A stretch of 64,000 nt of DNA from Eledone cirrhosa (GCA_964016885.1 OZ024747.1:76074001-76138000); one strand, 5' to 3'; positions 42,801 through 56,932 are shown, numbered from the stretch's first letter. Program-made: numbers and translations. Notes: generated by a model from the letters alone, not told the origin.

Positions 42801-45800
42801 TACTAGTTTCAAGCTTGTTAGCTATCATCAGCACCGTTTACCCATCTGCCAGATAGTTGAACGTTCGAAAGTATATACTTTCCTTATGAAAATTAACGGC
42901 TGAGCAGCCTAATTTGCATATTGAGTGAGTTAAATCGGTCAGGCATACCGAAAACGATAAATTGAAACAAAATGAAAACGAAATTTCATTTCTCACTCTT
43001 AGTATGGCACTTACTTAAATGTAAGTATGCATGTATACGTACATACATATATGTATACAGACGTACAGTAGCATGCACATATATATATATATATATACAT
43101 ATATATATACATATGCATACAGGTACACATACATATATGCACGTATCAGTTTAGCGGCGCTAACGTCGCTTTGTTCGTTTGTAAACAAACTGAACAGCCT
43201 GAATTTATGCCATACGGTGTTAAGGCAACCACGTCACCTTTTTGTTCAACACTGACACAGGAACGATGTACTAGTTTCAAGCTTGTTAGCTATCATCAGC
43301 ACCGTTTACCCATCTGCCAGATAGTTGAACGTTCGAAAGTATATACATTCCTTATGAAAATTAACGGCTGAGCAGCCTAATTTGCATATTGAGTGAGTTA
43401 AATCGGTCAGGCATACCGAAAACGATAAATTGAAACAAAATGAAAACGAAATTTCATTTCTCACTCTTAGTATGGCACTTACTTAAATGTAAGTATGCAT
43501 GTATACGTACATACATATATGTATACAGACGTACAGTAGCATGCACATATATATATATATATATACATATATATATACATATGCATACAGGTACACATAC
43601 ATATATGCACGTATCAGTTTAGCGGCGCTAACGTCGCTTTGTTCGTTTGTAAACAAACTGAACAGCCTGAATTTATGCCATACGGTGTTAAGGCAACCAC
43701 GTCACCTTTTTGTTCAACACTGACACAGGAACGATGTACTAGTTTCAAGCTTGTTAGCTATCATCAGCACCGTTTACCCATCTGCCAGATAGTTGAACGT
43801 TCGAAAGTATATACTTTCCTTATGAAAATTAACGGCTGAGCAGCCTAATTTGCATATTGAGTGAGTTAAATCGGTCAGGCATACCGAAAACGATAAATTG
43901 AAACAAAATGAAAACGAAATTTCATTTCTCACTCTTAGTATGGCACTTACTTAAATGTAAGTATGCATGTATACGTACATACATATATGTATACAGACGT
44001 ACAGTAGCATGCACATATATATATATATATATATACATATATATATACATATGCATACAGGTACACATACATATATGCACGTATCAGTTTAGCGGCGCTA
44101 ACGTCGCTTTGTTCGTTTGTAAACAAACTGAACAGCCTGAATTTATGCCATACGGTGTTAAGGCAACCACGTCACCTTTTTGTTCAACACTGACACAGGA
44201 ACGATGTACTAGTTTCAAGCTTGTTAGCTATCATCAGCACCGTTTACCCATCTGCCAGATAGTTGAACGTTCGAAAGTATATACATTCCTTATGAAAATT
44301 AACGGCTGAGCAGCCTAATTTGCATATTGAGTGAGTTAAATCGGTCAGGCATACCGAAAACGATAAATTGAAACAAAATGAAAACGAAATTTCATTTCTC
44401 ACTCTTAGTATGGCACTTACTTAAATGTAAGTATGCATGTATACGTACATACATATATGTATACAGACGTACAGTAGCATGCACATATATATATATATAT
44501 ATACATATATATATACATATGCATACAGGTACACATACATATATGCACGTATCAGTTTAGCGGCGCTAACGTCGCTTTGTTCGTTTGTAAACAAACTGAA
44601 CAGCCTGAATTTATGCCATACGGTGTTAAGGCAACCACGTCACCTTTTTGTTCAACACTGACACAGGAACGATGTACTAGTTTCAAGCTTGTTAGCTATC
44701 ATCAGCACCGTTTACCCATCTGCCAGATAGTTGAACGTTCGAAAGTATATACTTTCCTTATGAAAATTAACGGCTGAGCAGCCTAATTTGCATATTGAGT
44801 GAGTTAAATCGGTCAGGCATACCGAAAACGATAAATTGAAACAAAATGAAAACGAAATTTCATTTCTCACTCTTAGTATGGCACTTACTTAAATGTAAGT
44901 ATGCATGTATACGTACATACATATATGTATACAGACGTACAGTAGCATGCACATATATATATATATATATACATATATATATACATATGCATACAGGTAC
45001 ACATACATATATGCACGTATCAGTTTAGCGGCGCTAACGTCGCTTTGTTCGTTTGTAAACAAACTGAACAGCCTGAATTTATGCCATACGGTGTTAAGGC
45101 AACCACGTCACCTTTTTGTTCAACACTGACACAGGAACGATGTACTAGTTTCAAGCTTGTTAGCTATCATCAGCACCGTTTACCCATCTGCCAGATAGTT
45201 GAACGTTCGAAAGTATATACATTCCTTATGAAAATTAACGGCTGAGCAGCCTAATTTGCATATTGAGTGAGTTAAATCGGTCAGGCATACCGAAAACGAT
45301 AAATTGAAACAAAATGAAAACGAAATTTCATTTCTCACTCTTAGTATGGCACTTACTTAAATGTAAGTATGCATGTATACGTACATACATATATGTATAC
45401 AGACGTACAGTAGCATGCACATATATATATATATATATACATATATATATACATATGCATACAGGTACACATACATATATGCACGTATCAGTTTAGCGGC
45501 GCTAACGTCGCTTTGTTCGTTTGTAAACAAACTGAACAGCCTGAATTTATGCCATACGGTGTTAAGGCAACCACGTCACCTTTTTGTTCAACACTGACAC
45601 AGGAACGATGTACTAGTTTCAAGCTTGTTAGCTATCATCAGCACCGTTTACCCATCTGCCAGATAGTTGAACGTTCGAAAGTATATACTTTCCTTATGAA
45701 AATTAACGGCTGAGCAGCCTAATTTGCATATTGAGTGAGTTAAATCGGTCAGGCATACCGAAAACGATAAATTGAAACAAAATGAAAACGAAATTTCATT

Positions 45801-48800
45801 TCTCACTCTTAGTATGGCACTTACTTAAATGTAAGTATGCATGTATACGTACATACATATATGTATACAGACGTACAGTAGCATGCACATATATATATAT
45901 ATATATACATATATATATACATATGCATACAGGTACACATACATATATGCACGTATCAGTTTAGCGGCGCTAACGTCGCTTTGTTCGTTTGTAAACAAAC
46001 TGAACAGCCTGAATTTATGCCATACGGTGTTAAGGCAACCACGTCACCTTTTTTGTTCAACACTGACACAGGAACGATGTACTAGTTTCAAGCTTGTTAG
46101 CTATCATCAGCACCGTTTACCCATCTGCCAGATAGTTGAACGTTCGAAAGTATATACTTTCCTTATGAAAATTAACGGCTGAGCAGCCTAATTTGCATAT
46201 TGAGTGAGTTAAATCGGTCAGGCATACCGAAAACGATAAATTGAAACAAAATGAAAACGAAATTTCATTTCTCACTCTTAGTATGGCACTTACTTAAATG
46301 TAAGTATGCATGTATACGTACATACATATATGTATACAGACGTACAGTAGCATGCACATATATATATATATATACATATATATATACATATGCATACAGG
46401 TACACATACATATATGCACGTATCAGTTTAGCGGCGCTAACGTCGCTTTGTTCGTTTGTAAACAAACTGAACAGCCTGAATTTATGCCATACGGTGTTAA
46501 GGCAACCACGTCACCTTTTTGTTCAACACTGACACAGGAACGATGTACTAGTTTCAAGCTTGTTAGCTATCATCAGCACCGTTTACCCATCTGCCAGATA
46601 GTTGAACGTTCGAAAGTATATACTTTCCTTATGAAAATTAACGGCTGAGCAGCCTAATTTGCATATTGAGTGAGTTAAATCGGTCAGGCATACCGAAAAC
46701 GATAAATTGAAACAAAATGAAAACGAAATTTCATTTCTCACTCTTAGTATGGCACTTACTTAAATGTAAGTATGCATGTATACGTACATACATATATGTA
46801 TACAGACGTACAGTAGCATGCACATATATATATATATATATACATATATATATACATATGCATACAGGTACACATACATATATGCACGTATCAGTTTAGC
46901 GGCGCTAACGTCGCTTTGTTCGTTTGTAAACAAACTGAACAGCCTGAATTTATGCCATACGGTGTTAAGGCAACCACGTCACCTTTTTGTTCAACACTGA
47001 CACAGGAACGATGTACTAGTTTCAAGCTTGTTAGCTATCATCAGCACCGTTTACCCATCTGCCAGATAGTTGAACGTTCGAAAGTATATACATTCCTTAT
47101 GAAAATTAACGGCTGAGCAGCCTAATTTGCATATTGAGTGAGTTAAATCGGTCAGGCATACCGAAAACGATAAATTGAAACAAAATGAAAACGAAATTTC
47201 ATTTCTCACTCTTAGTATGGCACTTACTTAAATGTAAGTATGCATGTATACGTACATACATATATGTATACAGACGTACAGTAGCATGCACATATATATA
47301 TATATATATACATATATATATACATATGCATACAGGTACACATACATATATGCACGTATCAGTTTAGCGGCGCTAACGTCGCTTTGTTCGTTTGTAAACA
47401 AACTGAACAGCCTGAATTTATGCCATACGGTGTTAAGGCAACCACGTCACCTTTTTGTTCAACACTGACACAGGAACGATGTACTAGTTTCAAGCTTGTT
47501 AGCTATCATCAGCACCGTTTACCCATCTGCCAGATAGTTGAACGTTCGAAAGTATATACTTTCCTTATGAAAATTAACGGCTGAGCAGCCTAATTTGCAT
47601 ATTGAGTGAGTTAAATCGGTCAGGCATACCGAAAACGATAAATTGAAACAAAATGAAAACGAAATTTCATTTCTCACTCTTAGTATGGCACTTACTTAAA
47701 TGTAAGTATGCATGTATACGTACATACATATATGTATACAGACGTACAGTAGCATGCACATATATATATATATATATACATATATATATACATATGCATA
47801 CAGGTACACATACATATATGCACGTATCAGTTTAGCGGCGCTAACGTCGCTTTGTTCGTTTGTAAACAAACTGAACAGCCTGAATTTATGCCATACGGTG
47901 TTAAGGCAACCACGTCACCTTTTTGTTCAACACTGACACAGGAACGATGTACTAGTTTCAAGCTTGTTAGCTATCATCAGCACCGTTTACCCATCTGCCA
48001 GATAGTTGAACGTTCGAAAGTATATACATTCCTTATGAAAATTAACGGCTGAGCAGCCTAATTTGCATATTGAGTGAGTTAAATCGGTCAGGCATACCGA
48101 AAACGATAAATTGAAACAAAATGAAAACGAAATTTCATTTCTCACTCTTAGTATGGCACTTACTTAAATGTAAGTATGCATGTATACGTACATACATATA
48201 TGTATACAGACGTACAGTAGCATGCACATATATATATATATACATATATATATACATATGCATACAGGTACACATACATATATGCACGTATCAGTTTAGC
48301 GGCGCTAACGTCGCTTTGTTCGTTTGTAAACAAACTGAACAGCCTGAATTTATGCCATACGGTGTTAAGGCAACCACGTCACCTTTTTGTTCAACACTGA
48401 CACAGGAACGATGTACTAGTTTCAAGCTTGTTAGCTATCATCAGCACCGTTTACCCATCTGCCAGATAGTTGAACGTTCGAAAGTATATACTTTCCTTAT
48501 GAAAATTAACGGCTGAGCAGCCTAATTTGCATATTGAGTGAGTTAAATCGGTCAGGCATACCGAAAACGATAAATTGAAACAAAATGAAAACGAAATTTC
48601 ATTTCTCACTCTTAGTATGGCACTTACTTAAATGTAAGTATGCATGTATACGTACATACATATATGTATACAGACGTACAGTAGCATGCACATATATATA
48701 TATATATATACATATATATATACATATGCATACAGGTACACATACATATATGCACGTATCAGTTTAGCGGCGCTAACGTCGCTTTGTTCGTTTGTAAACA

Positions 48801-50558
48801 AACTGAACAGCCTGAATTTATGCCATACGGTGTTAAGGCAACCACGTCACCTTTTTTGTTCAACACTGACACAGGAACGATGTACTAGTTTCAAGCTTGT
48901 TAGCTATCATCAGCACCGTTTACCCATCTGCCAGATAGTTGAACGTTCGAAAGTATATACTTTCCTTATGAAAATTAACGGCTGAGCAGCCTAATTTGCA
49001 TATTGAGTGAGTTAAATCGGTCAGGCATACCGAAAACGATAAATTGAAACAAAATGAAAACGAAATTTCATTTCTCACTCTTAGTATGGCACTTACTTAA
49101 ATGTAAGTATGCATGTATACGTACATACATATATGTATACAGACGTAGAGTAGCATGCACATATATATATATATATACATATATATATACATATGCATAC
49201 AGGTACACATACATATATGCACGTATCAGTTTAGCGGCGCTAACGTCGCTTTGTTCGTTTGTAAACAAACTGAACAGCCTGAATTTATGCCATACGGTGT
49301 TAAGGCAACCACGTCACCTTTTTGTTCAACACTGACACAGGAACGATGTACTAGTTTCAAGCTTGTTAGCTATCATCAGCACCGTTTACCCATCTGCCAG
49401 ATAGTTGAACGTTCGAAAGTATATACTTTCCTTATGAAAATTAACGGCTGAGCAGCCTAATTTGCATATTGAGTGAGTTAAATCGGTCAGGCATACCGAA
49501 AACGATAAATTGAAACAAAATGAAAACGAAATTTCATTTCTCACTCTTAGTATGGCACTTACTTAAATGTAAGTATGCATGTATACGTACATACATATAT
49601 GTATACAGACGTACAGTAGCATGCACATATATATATATATATACATATATATATACATATGCATACAGGTACACATACATATATGCACGTATCAGTTTAG
49701 CGGCGCTAACGTCGCTTTGTTCGTTTGTAAACAAACTGAACAGCCTGAATTTATGCCATACGGTGTTAAGGCAACCACGTCACCTTTTTGTTCAACACTG
49801 ACACAGGAACGATGTACTAGTTTCAAGCTTGTTAGCTATCATCAGCACCGTTTACCCATCTGCCAGATAGTTGAACGTTCGAAAGTATATACTTTCCTTA
49901 TGAAAATTAACGGCTGAGCAACCTAATTTGCATATTGAGTGAGTTAAATCGGTCAGGCATACCGAAAACGATAAATTGAAACAAAATGAAAACGAAATTT
50001 CATTTCTCACTCTTAGTATGGCACTTACTTAAATGTAAGTATGCATGTATACGTACATACATATATGTATACAGACGTACAATAGCATGCACATATATAT
50101 ATATATATACATATATATATACATATGCATACAGGTACACATACATATATGCACGTATCAGTTTAGCGGCGCTAACGTCGCTTTGTTCGTTTGTAAACAA
50201 ACTGAACAGCCTGAATTTATGCCATACGGTGTTAAGGCAACCACGTCACCTTTTTGTTCAACACTGACACAGGAACGATGTACTAGTTTCAAGCTTGTTA
50301 GCTATCATCAGCACCGTTTACCCATCTGCCAGATAGTTGAACGTTCGAAAGTATATACTTTCCTTATGAAAATTAACGGCTGAGCAGCCTAATTTGCATA
50401 TTGAGTGAGTTAAATCGGTCAGGCATACCGAAAACGATAAATTGAAACAAAATGAAAACGAAATTTCATTTTTCACTCTTAGTATGGCACTTACTTAAAT
50501 GTAAGTATGCATGTATACGTACATACATATATGTATACAGACGTACAGTAGCATGCAC

Positions 50559-50589
<31 letters not shown>

Positions 50590-51233
50590 CATATGCATAC
50601 AGGTACACATACATATATGCACGTATCAGTTTAGCGGCGCTAACGTCGCTTTGTTCGTTTGTAAACAAACTGAACAGCCTGAATTTATGCCATACGGTGT
50701 TAAGGTAACCACGTCACCTTTTTGTTCAACACTGACACAGGAACGATGTACTAGTTTCAAGCTTGTTAGCTATCATCAGCACCGTTTACCCATCTGCCAG
50801 ATAGTTGAACGTTCGAAAGTATATACTTTCCTTATGAAAATTAACGGCTGAGCAGCCTAATTTGCATATTGAGTGAGTTAAATCGGTCAGGCATACCGAA
50901 AACGATAAATTGAAACAAAATGAAAACGAAATTTCATTTCTCACTCTTAGTATGGCACTTACTTAAATGTAAGTATGCATGTATACGTACATACATATAT
51001 GTATACAGACGTACAGTAGCATGCACATATATATATATATATACATATATATATACATATGCATACAGGTACACATACATATATGCACGTATCAGTTTAG
51101 CGGCGCTAACGTCGCTTTGTTCGTTTGTAAACAAACTGAACAGCCTGAATTTATGCCATACGGTGTTAAGGCAACCACGTCACCTTTTTGTTCAACACTG
51201 ACACAGGAACGATGTACTAGTTTCAAGCTTGTT
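36875..51233 (-). repeat. Tandem array of ~468-bp HHR-containing units (30 full plus one partial); retrozyme-like concatemer
   Basis: ORF-track starts recur every 464-470 bp from 36890 to 50920; units nearly identical; one HHR per full unit on the minus strand; the whole insertion is flanked by (TA)n. Confidence 0.95.
37180..37220 (-). ncRNA. Minimal type I hammerhead ribozyme (first of 30 copies in the array)
   Basis: Minus strand: cggtg-CTGATGA-t agc taacaa gct t-GAAA-CTAG-TA^catcg; stem I cggtg/catcg; palindromic stem III ACTAGT; predicted cut between 37185 and 37184. Confidence 0.9.
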
Positions 51234-51473
51234 TCCTGTGTCAGTGTTGAACAAAAAGGTGACGTGGTTGCCTTAACACCGTATGGCATAAATTCAGGCT
51301 GTTCAGTTTGTTTACAAACGAACAAAGCGACGTTAGCGCCGCTAAACTGATACGTGCATATATGTATGTGTACCTGTATGCATATGTATATATATATGTA
51401 TATATATATATATATGTGCATGCTACTGTACGTCTGTATACATATATGTATGTACGTATACATGCATACTTAC

Positions 51474-51478
<5 letters not shown>
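51233..51478 (+). repeat. Inverted (fold-back) arm terminating the array
   Basis: Reverse complement of ~50964-51209; the turn falls inside the last, truncated HHR; followed by (TA)n. Confidence 0.95.
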
Positions 51479-51539
<61 letters not shown>

Positions 51540-52479
51540 TGTTATAGTTGGGGAGGGTCATATTGTTGTAATAATATTGCCAGAAATAATAACAGAACAT
51601 ACTCACTGTTTGGTTGGTTTTCGCTTCTGTATCTTTTATATCTCCACAGTTAATTTATTTGGCAATCAATGTTTATCATTGATTGACCAACGGTTAAAAA
51701 TACAGATATAAATATAAAAAGTTTTGAAGCGATCACATTTTAGTTTAGAACATTTATTAGCTGACGATTGTTTCTTCCAGAGGGAAGTCTGGATTCATCG
51801 GAGCATAAGGAATGTCGAAACATGTAACTAAAATCCTAGTCATTTAAAATTTTTAGGCTACATAATTGTTATTAGTGTCAAAGGTATCATGTGGAGAGTC
51901 AGGAGTTAAAAAGATGTTCTGCTTGAAGAACACAATTACAGGTAGCACTGGTTTATAATTAAAAAGCACAAGCAAAAAATATCATAAGCTAGATAAAACC
52001 ACAGGCAGAAAAGTTATAATACAGTCAATAAGGCATGTATGAGGAAAGAGTTATAATGCAGTTGAAGTACATATATTTTGTGTGGGGTGTGAAAGCATGT
52101 TATAATTGTTATAAATAGTTAAGATAGTGTGCAATTTGTTAGAGAGGCATGTGGTGATAATGTAGGTATTTGTTATGTAAGGTATAATGCAAAGCACACG
52201 ATACAGTTGGGTATGTGATTTTCATTTAAGTGTTTTTGTGTTGTAGTTCGTATGTATGTGTGTATGTTGTTTGTTACTCACAGCTATTAACCATGGGATT
52301 ATTTTGAGTCGTTTATAGTCAATAGGTGTTTGTTTGTTAAATGTAAATTCCGCCGAATTACTGGCAATGTTGTTATTTTAGGTATATTATTTTATGCATT
52401 TTTTATCTACAAATTATCTTTTCTAGGGTTTGTATTAACCGTTATTAAGCTGTTGGTGAATATAAATATATATATATAG

Positions 52480-52675
52480 TCTATCAAAGTTCTTTCGTTG
52501 CACATCTGCAACATCATCAGTCGTACTATTATGTTTCCTCCCATTGTATTGTATTGTTCTGTAATGTCTACGCCATTTTACTTTTCTGTTATATATATAT
52601 ATTTGCTCTACGGTTCTTATATATTTGATATATATTTAACCTTATCGAGCCCTCTTTGGATTTAAGTCTTCAAAT
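52480..52675. mobile_element. HHR fragment (minus) next to a tail-hairpin fragment (plus)
   Basis: Minus ~52484-52525: CTGATGA-t gttgca gatg tgcaac-GAAAG. Plus 52605-52650: GCTC-TA-cggtt...aacct-TA-TC-GAGC, homologous to 61098-61170 (minus). Confidence 0.6.
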
Positions 52676-52685
52676 TTATTATTAT

Positions 52686-52741
<56 letters not shown>

Positions 52742-52753
52742 ATTTATATATAT

Positions 52754-52820
<67 letters not shown>

Positions 52821-52822
<2 letters not shown>

Positions 52823-53227
52823 AACAAGATAGACCCCGACGGCTGAGCTCAAGCCGTTTCGACGGCTAATTCTGTACTGAATGAAAAATTAATTCTGGTA
52901 TTTAAATAGCCGAACTTATCAAGGGGTAATTCCATATATGGTCAAAGAGATAATCACCACCAACTTGCCATCACAGATTTACTACTAACTTTTGAATTGA
53001 CCAATCCTTGTGATTATCTCTTTGACCATATATGGAATTACCCCTTGATAAGTTCGGCTATTTAAATACCAGAATTAATTTTTCATTCAGTACAGAATTA
53101 GCCGTCAAAACGGCTTGAGCTCAGCCGTCGGGGTCTATCTTGTTCCTATTACCCACTCTACTACCCTAAGTATTGAGTACTTTGGTGCGTTATGGTCCAC
53201 CTGGTTCCTTACCAGATTTCCTTCGTT
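52821..53227 (+). mobile_element. Family D fold-back HHR element
   Basis: ~135-bp inverted arms; HHR acccc-TTGATAA-...-GAAA-CGG..CCG-TC-ggggt; tail ACTC-TACT-acccta-AGTA-TT-GAGT at 53155-53178. Confidence 0.85.
52833..52927 (-). ncRNA. Type I hammerhead ribozyme, U3-A8 variant with extended stem II
   Basis: Minus strand: acccc-TTGATAA-gttcggcta...tagccgtc-GAAA-CGGCT tgagctc AGCCG-TC-ggggt. The right-arm copy has GAAA changed to AAAA. Confidence 0.75.
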
Positions 53228-53263
53228 ATATATATATATATATATATAAACATTTATATATAT

Positions 53264-53298
<35 letters not shown>

Positions 53299-53313
53299 AA
53301 CATTTATATATAT

Positions 53314-53351
<38 letters not shown>

Positions 53352-53353
<2 letters not shown>

Positions 53354-53989
53354 ATGAAAGAATTACGAAAGAGAATACAGACTGTTAGAACATGTTTATA
53401 CAATAAGCACCTACGTACGTTTCGCCCGAAAAGGGCTTCTCAAGGGCATACACATCTAGAGAGTGTTCAATACAGAACCCAGAAGGGCTTTTAAGATGAT
53501 AACCATGTTTGATTCAAACAGACATGCCAATTTACTGTAGTAAATTGGCACCCATAACATAGTAGTGGAAAACAATCATCATGTGAACGGATAATAAGCC
53601 ATTTAGGGACACTTATTCAAACACCGGTCAGAGTTACTCCCCTTGCTCTGTGATGTAAACAACCATGTCTGTTTTAATGCGGTTATCATCTTAAAACCTC
53701 TTCTGGGTTCTCTATTGAACACTCTCTAGATGTGTATGCCCTTGAGAAGCCTTTTTCGTGCGAAACGTACGTAGGTTGCTTATTGTATAAACATGTTCTA
53801 ACAGTCTCTATTCTCTTTCGTAATTCTTTCATTTGTAACCACTCTGCTTATATTCTCGCCCACTAGATATTAACGCTTCCGATATTTAACCCTGTAGGCA
53901 CAAGTATTGAGCACAAATGCACCAGCTTATGGCAACTAACTATATGTATCGCTTATCCCTTTAAACCTTCTACTCTCTCACGATACTAA

Positions 53990-53995
<6 letters not shown>
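53352..53995 (+). mobile_element. Fold-back HHR element (U3-A8 core)
   Basis: ~170-bp arms 53352-53526 and 53664-53834; cc-TTGAGAA-gccc ttttc gggc-GAAA-CGTACG-TA-gg (left arm, minus); tail ACTC-TGCTT...AAGTA-TT-GAGC at 53841-53912. Confidence 0.85.
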
Positions 53996-54026
<31 letters not shown>

Positions 54027-54484
54027 GTATCCCTACATGCAAAATGCATATAGGGACACATGTATTATCCAACCGTATGCCAATGTGGTTCTATGGCAGG
54101 TCAATAAATTAACGAGCCAGAACATATATAATCAAGGTTTAGCAAATAGGAAAAAGTTTTAAAATAAATTTTAAAAAGTTCTCTGTACCAGCTGTAAATA
54201 CCCTTACCGTACGGTTTCAAGACTCGAAATAAATGGATAATCCATACGGAAATGGATAATCCATACGGAAATCCATTGAAAAGGAAGACTTTCGTCAGAG
54301 GGTTCTTTTCAGTCCGAGATTATAAAATTCCCGAGTTCAAATCACGAACTGGCGCCATTCAAAATTGTCCTCGAGATGAGAGTATATGATGAAGAAGCAA
54401 TTCTGTCTAGTGCCGTGTGTAAAGATAGAAGGCAGAGGCGGAAAGGTCAATCTACTGCCACTAGAAATAGCAGCAGTTAAAACA

Positions 54485-54529
<45 letters not shown>

Positions 54530-54847
54530 CTAGTGCAGACTTGGTGTTTCCAAGGTAGCATGGTGGCGTTCTGTTTATTTTTATTACAGATATAAACATT
54601 GACAATGGAATCTATTTTGTACTTATCAAATATGATATATTTTCTTCCGCTCTATCCATAAAATAAAGTACTATTATATATAAAATCTTCTATGATGTAT
54701 CGTAAATAAGAAAGAAAGAGATACATAAAAACGTGAAAGTTACTAAACTAACAGAATGACTGAAATGCACTGAAATTCCGGTATAAAGCAGCCGGAAGAA
54801 TGCATAAAAAATAACGATGAATACAATAACTTCATGCAATAATGAAA

Positions 54848-54848
<1 letters not shown>

Positions 54849-54885
<37 letters not shown>

Positions 54886-55060
54886 TTACTGCCACCACTG
54901 CTGTTGCTACTACTACTACTACTGCTGCCACCACTGCTACTGCTACTACTAATACTACTGCCACTATTACTGCGACCACTGCTGCTGCTACTACAACTAC
55001 TACTAGTAATATTACTACTACTTCTATCACTGCTGCTGCTGCTACTATTACTGCTGCTGC
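54849..55060. repeat. (CTA)n/(CTG)n tract forming the tail of the adjacent SINE
   Basis: Seen directly. Confidence 0.9.
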
Positions 55061-55069
55061 TTATAATAA

Positions 55070-55278
55070 TTGTCTCTGATTTAGGCACAAGGCCAGCAAT
55101 TTTGGAGGAGGGGAAAGTTGATTAAATCGACCCCAGTGCGTTATTGGTACTTTATTTTATCGAACCCGTAAGTATGAAAGGCAAAGCCAACTTCGGTGGG
55201 ATTTGAACTCAGAAACTAAAGAGCCGTAACTCTATGCCACTAAGCTTGTTGTCCGACGCCCAACCGATTCTACCAATC
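55070..55278 (-). mobile_element. tRNA-derived SINE, full length
   Basis: Minus strand: tggtagaatcggtt (A box), gagttcaaatcc (B box), core and ttgctggccttgtgcc end; a second copy lies at ~55400-55570. Confidence 0.85.
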
Positions 55279-55974
55279 CTAATATCAGTAAAACGGCTCA
55301 TATTAAGAAAATATTAAAGACGTTCATAAGCTGAATATGAATGAGTAATACTAGAGCTGTGAAATCTTGCATGTGTTAATTTCAAATCTTCTTATTAATT
55401 GTTTCTACGTTTGGCACAAGGCCAGCAATTACCAGCACATTACTGGTACATTATTTTATCGACCCCGTAAGGATGAAAGGCAAAGTTAACCTCGACGGGA
55501 TTTGAACTCAGACCGTAAAGGGACGTAACTATGCTGGAAAGCATTGTGTCCGACCCTCTAACGGTACTATGGTGAAACATAAACCTTATTTGGTGATTCC
55601 ATGAGATTATCTTGGTCAGCTTATAAACATTTCAGCCGACCTTTGTATTTCTATATTAATAGGTTTTGTTATGAAACAAAACAAATAGCCTTCGAATAAA
55701 TTAAAAGTAGATGTAAGTTACAATAATTTGTTCATAAAACTTCAAACTGACAATACCTTGTATTGCAGAAATATCTGATTCACCATTATTTTCCGATATA
55801 TTTTTATGTTTTTCAAAGAATATTTCTCGATGAATATGTCATTTGACGAATTAATCTTTCCACAAAACTCTTTTAAGGAAATTAGCTTTCGGACAGTTTC
55901 TTATCTAACAATGTGTTTTCGATGTATTTATTTTCAATGACATCTACACACAAACGCTGAAGCACTCCCATACA

Positions 55975-56035
<61 letters not shown>

Positions 56036-56039
<4 letters not shown>

Positions 56040-56240
56040 ATTTTATCTGATGAAAGCGCATAATAATTTGCCTTGGTTGCCCTTGAAATATATATATTAA
56101 AATAAATATGGTTTTATAAATATAGTTTCCATTTATTAATATATTGTGTATTTACTCCACTTACTGTTGAGTGCTTTATATCAGTTATAAAAATGTTTAA
56201 GCTTGTTGAATCCCAACAAATTAAATATAACCTCTGCACA
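56036..56240 (+). mobile_element. HHR plus tail element, same family as 10289-10702
   Basis: ttttat-CTGATGA-aag...ctt-GAAA-TATATA; ACTC-cac-tta-ctg-TT-GAGT at 56154-56172; in (TA)n. Confidence 0.8.
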
Positions 56241-56298
56241 TATATATATATATATATATATCATAAATTATGTCCTTAGAATTATTAGATAAAAAAAT

Positions 56299-56368
<70 letters not shown>

Positions 56369-56372
<4 letters not shown>

Positions 56373-56730
56373 ATGAATTAACGGAGCCATGGGCCCTCGC
56401 CATTCCCTGTAAATAATGTGCTCAAAGGAAAAGTCCTGAGCTCTTTAAAATACAATATGTTCAAAAGGTAACACACCAGAGAGAGATATACAGTGCGCTA
56501 TCAATAAAACAGGGAAAAAAACACTAGTGTATGGAATCTATAACCTATGAAAGGCAGACTATAAACACGTTAATTAAAAATATAAATTAAATCGTAAATA
56601 AATACCTCTATAACTATATAACACACGTACAAATCCAATGAGATGTTTCGCCAGTAATTTGTTGACAGAAATGGAGTAACCTCGGTTCATCAGCGTGTGT
56701 AAGGCTATACATTTCAGACAACACTATAAC
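56369..56730 (-). mobile_element. HHR plus tail element (distinct family)
   Basis: Minus strand: CTGATGA (56693-56687)...GAAAC; tail GCTC-AGGA-cttt-TCCT-TT-GAGC at 56441-56420; in (TA)n. Confidence 0.7.
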
Positions 56731-56749
56731 AATATATATATATATATAT

Positions 56750-56932
56750 AGATGAGATTCTACAGGACTAGAACTGCTTCATTCTTTAGAAATCATCAGG
56801 AATCCTGATGATTTCTAAAGAATGAAACAGTTCTAGTCCTGTAGAATCTCATCTATATTAAAACTGTTATACTCTGCAATGTATTGAGTACCTTACTTAC
56901 TGTGGTTACCTCCGATTCAACCCGGAATAACG
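56750..56932 (+). mobile_element. Fold-back HHR element, family C, copy 3
   Basis: Near-identical to 19794-19975. Confidence 0.85.

Noticed and set aside
36875-51233. CRISPR array, 5S rRNA, snRNA, spliced-leader or histone gene array
   Set aside because: No unique spacers or cas genes, and no recognisable 5S, tRNA, snRNA or histone sequence in the unit.
36890-51350. Tandem multigene family of small proteins (MKTKFHF..., MFVCKQ...)
   Set aside because: Frames shift between units with (TA)n length, composition is microsatellite-derived, and the sister copy at 20403 conserves the ribozyme rather than the ORFs.
51650-52470. Second decayed PLE ORF on the minus strand
   Set aside because: Only faint motif resemblance; too degenerate to support by eye.
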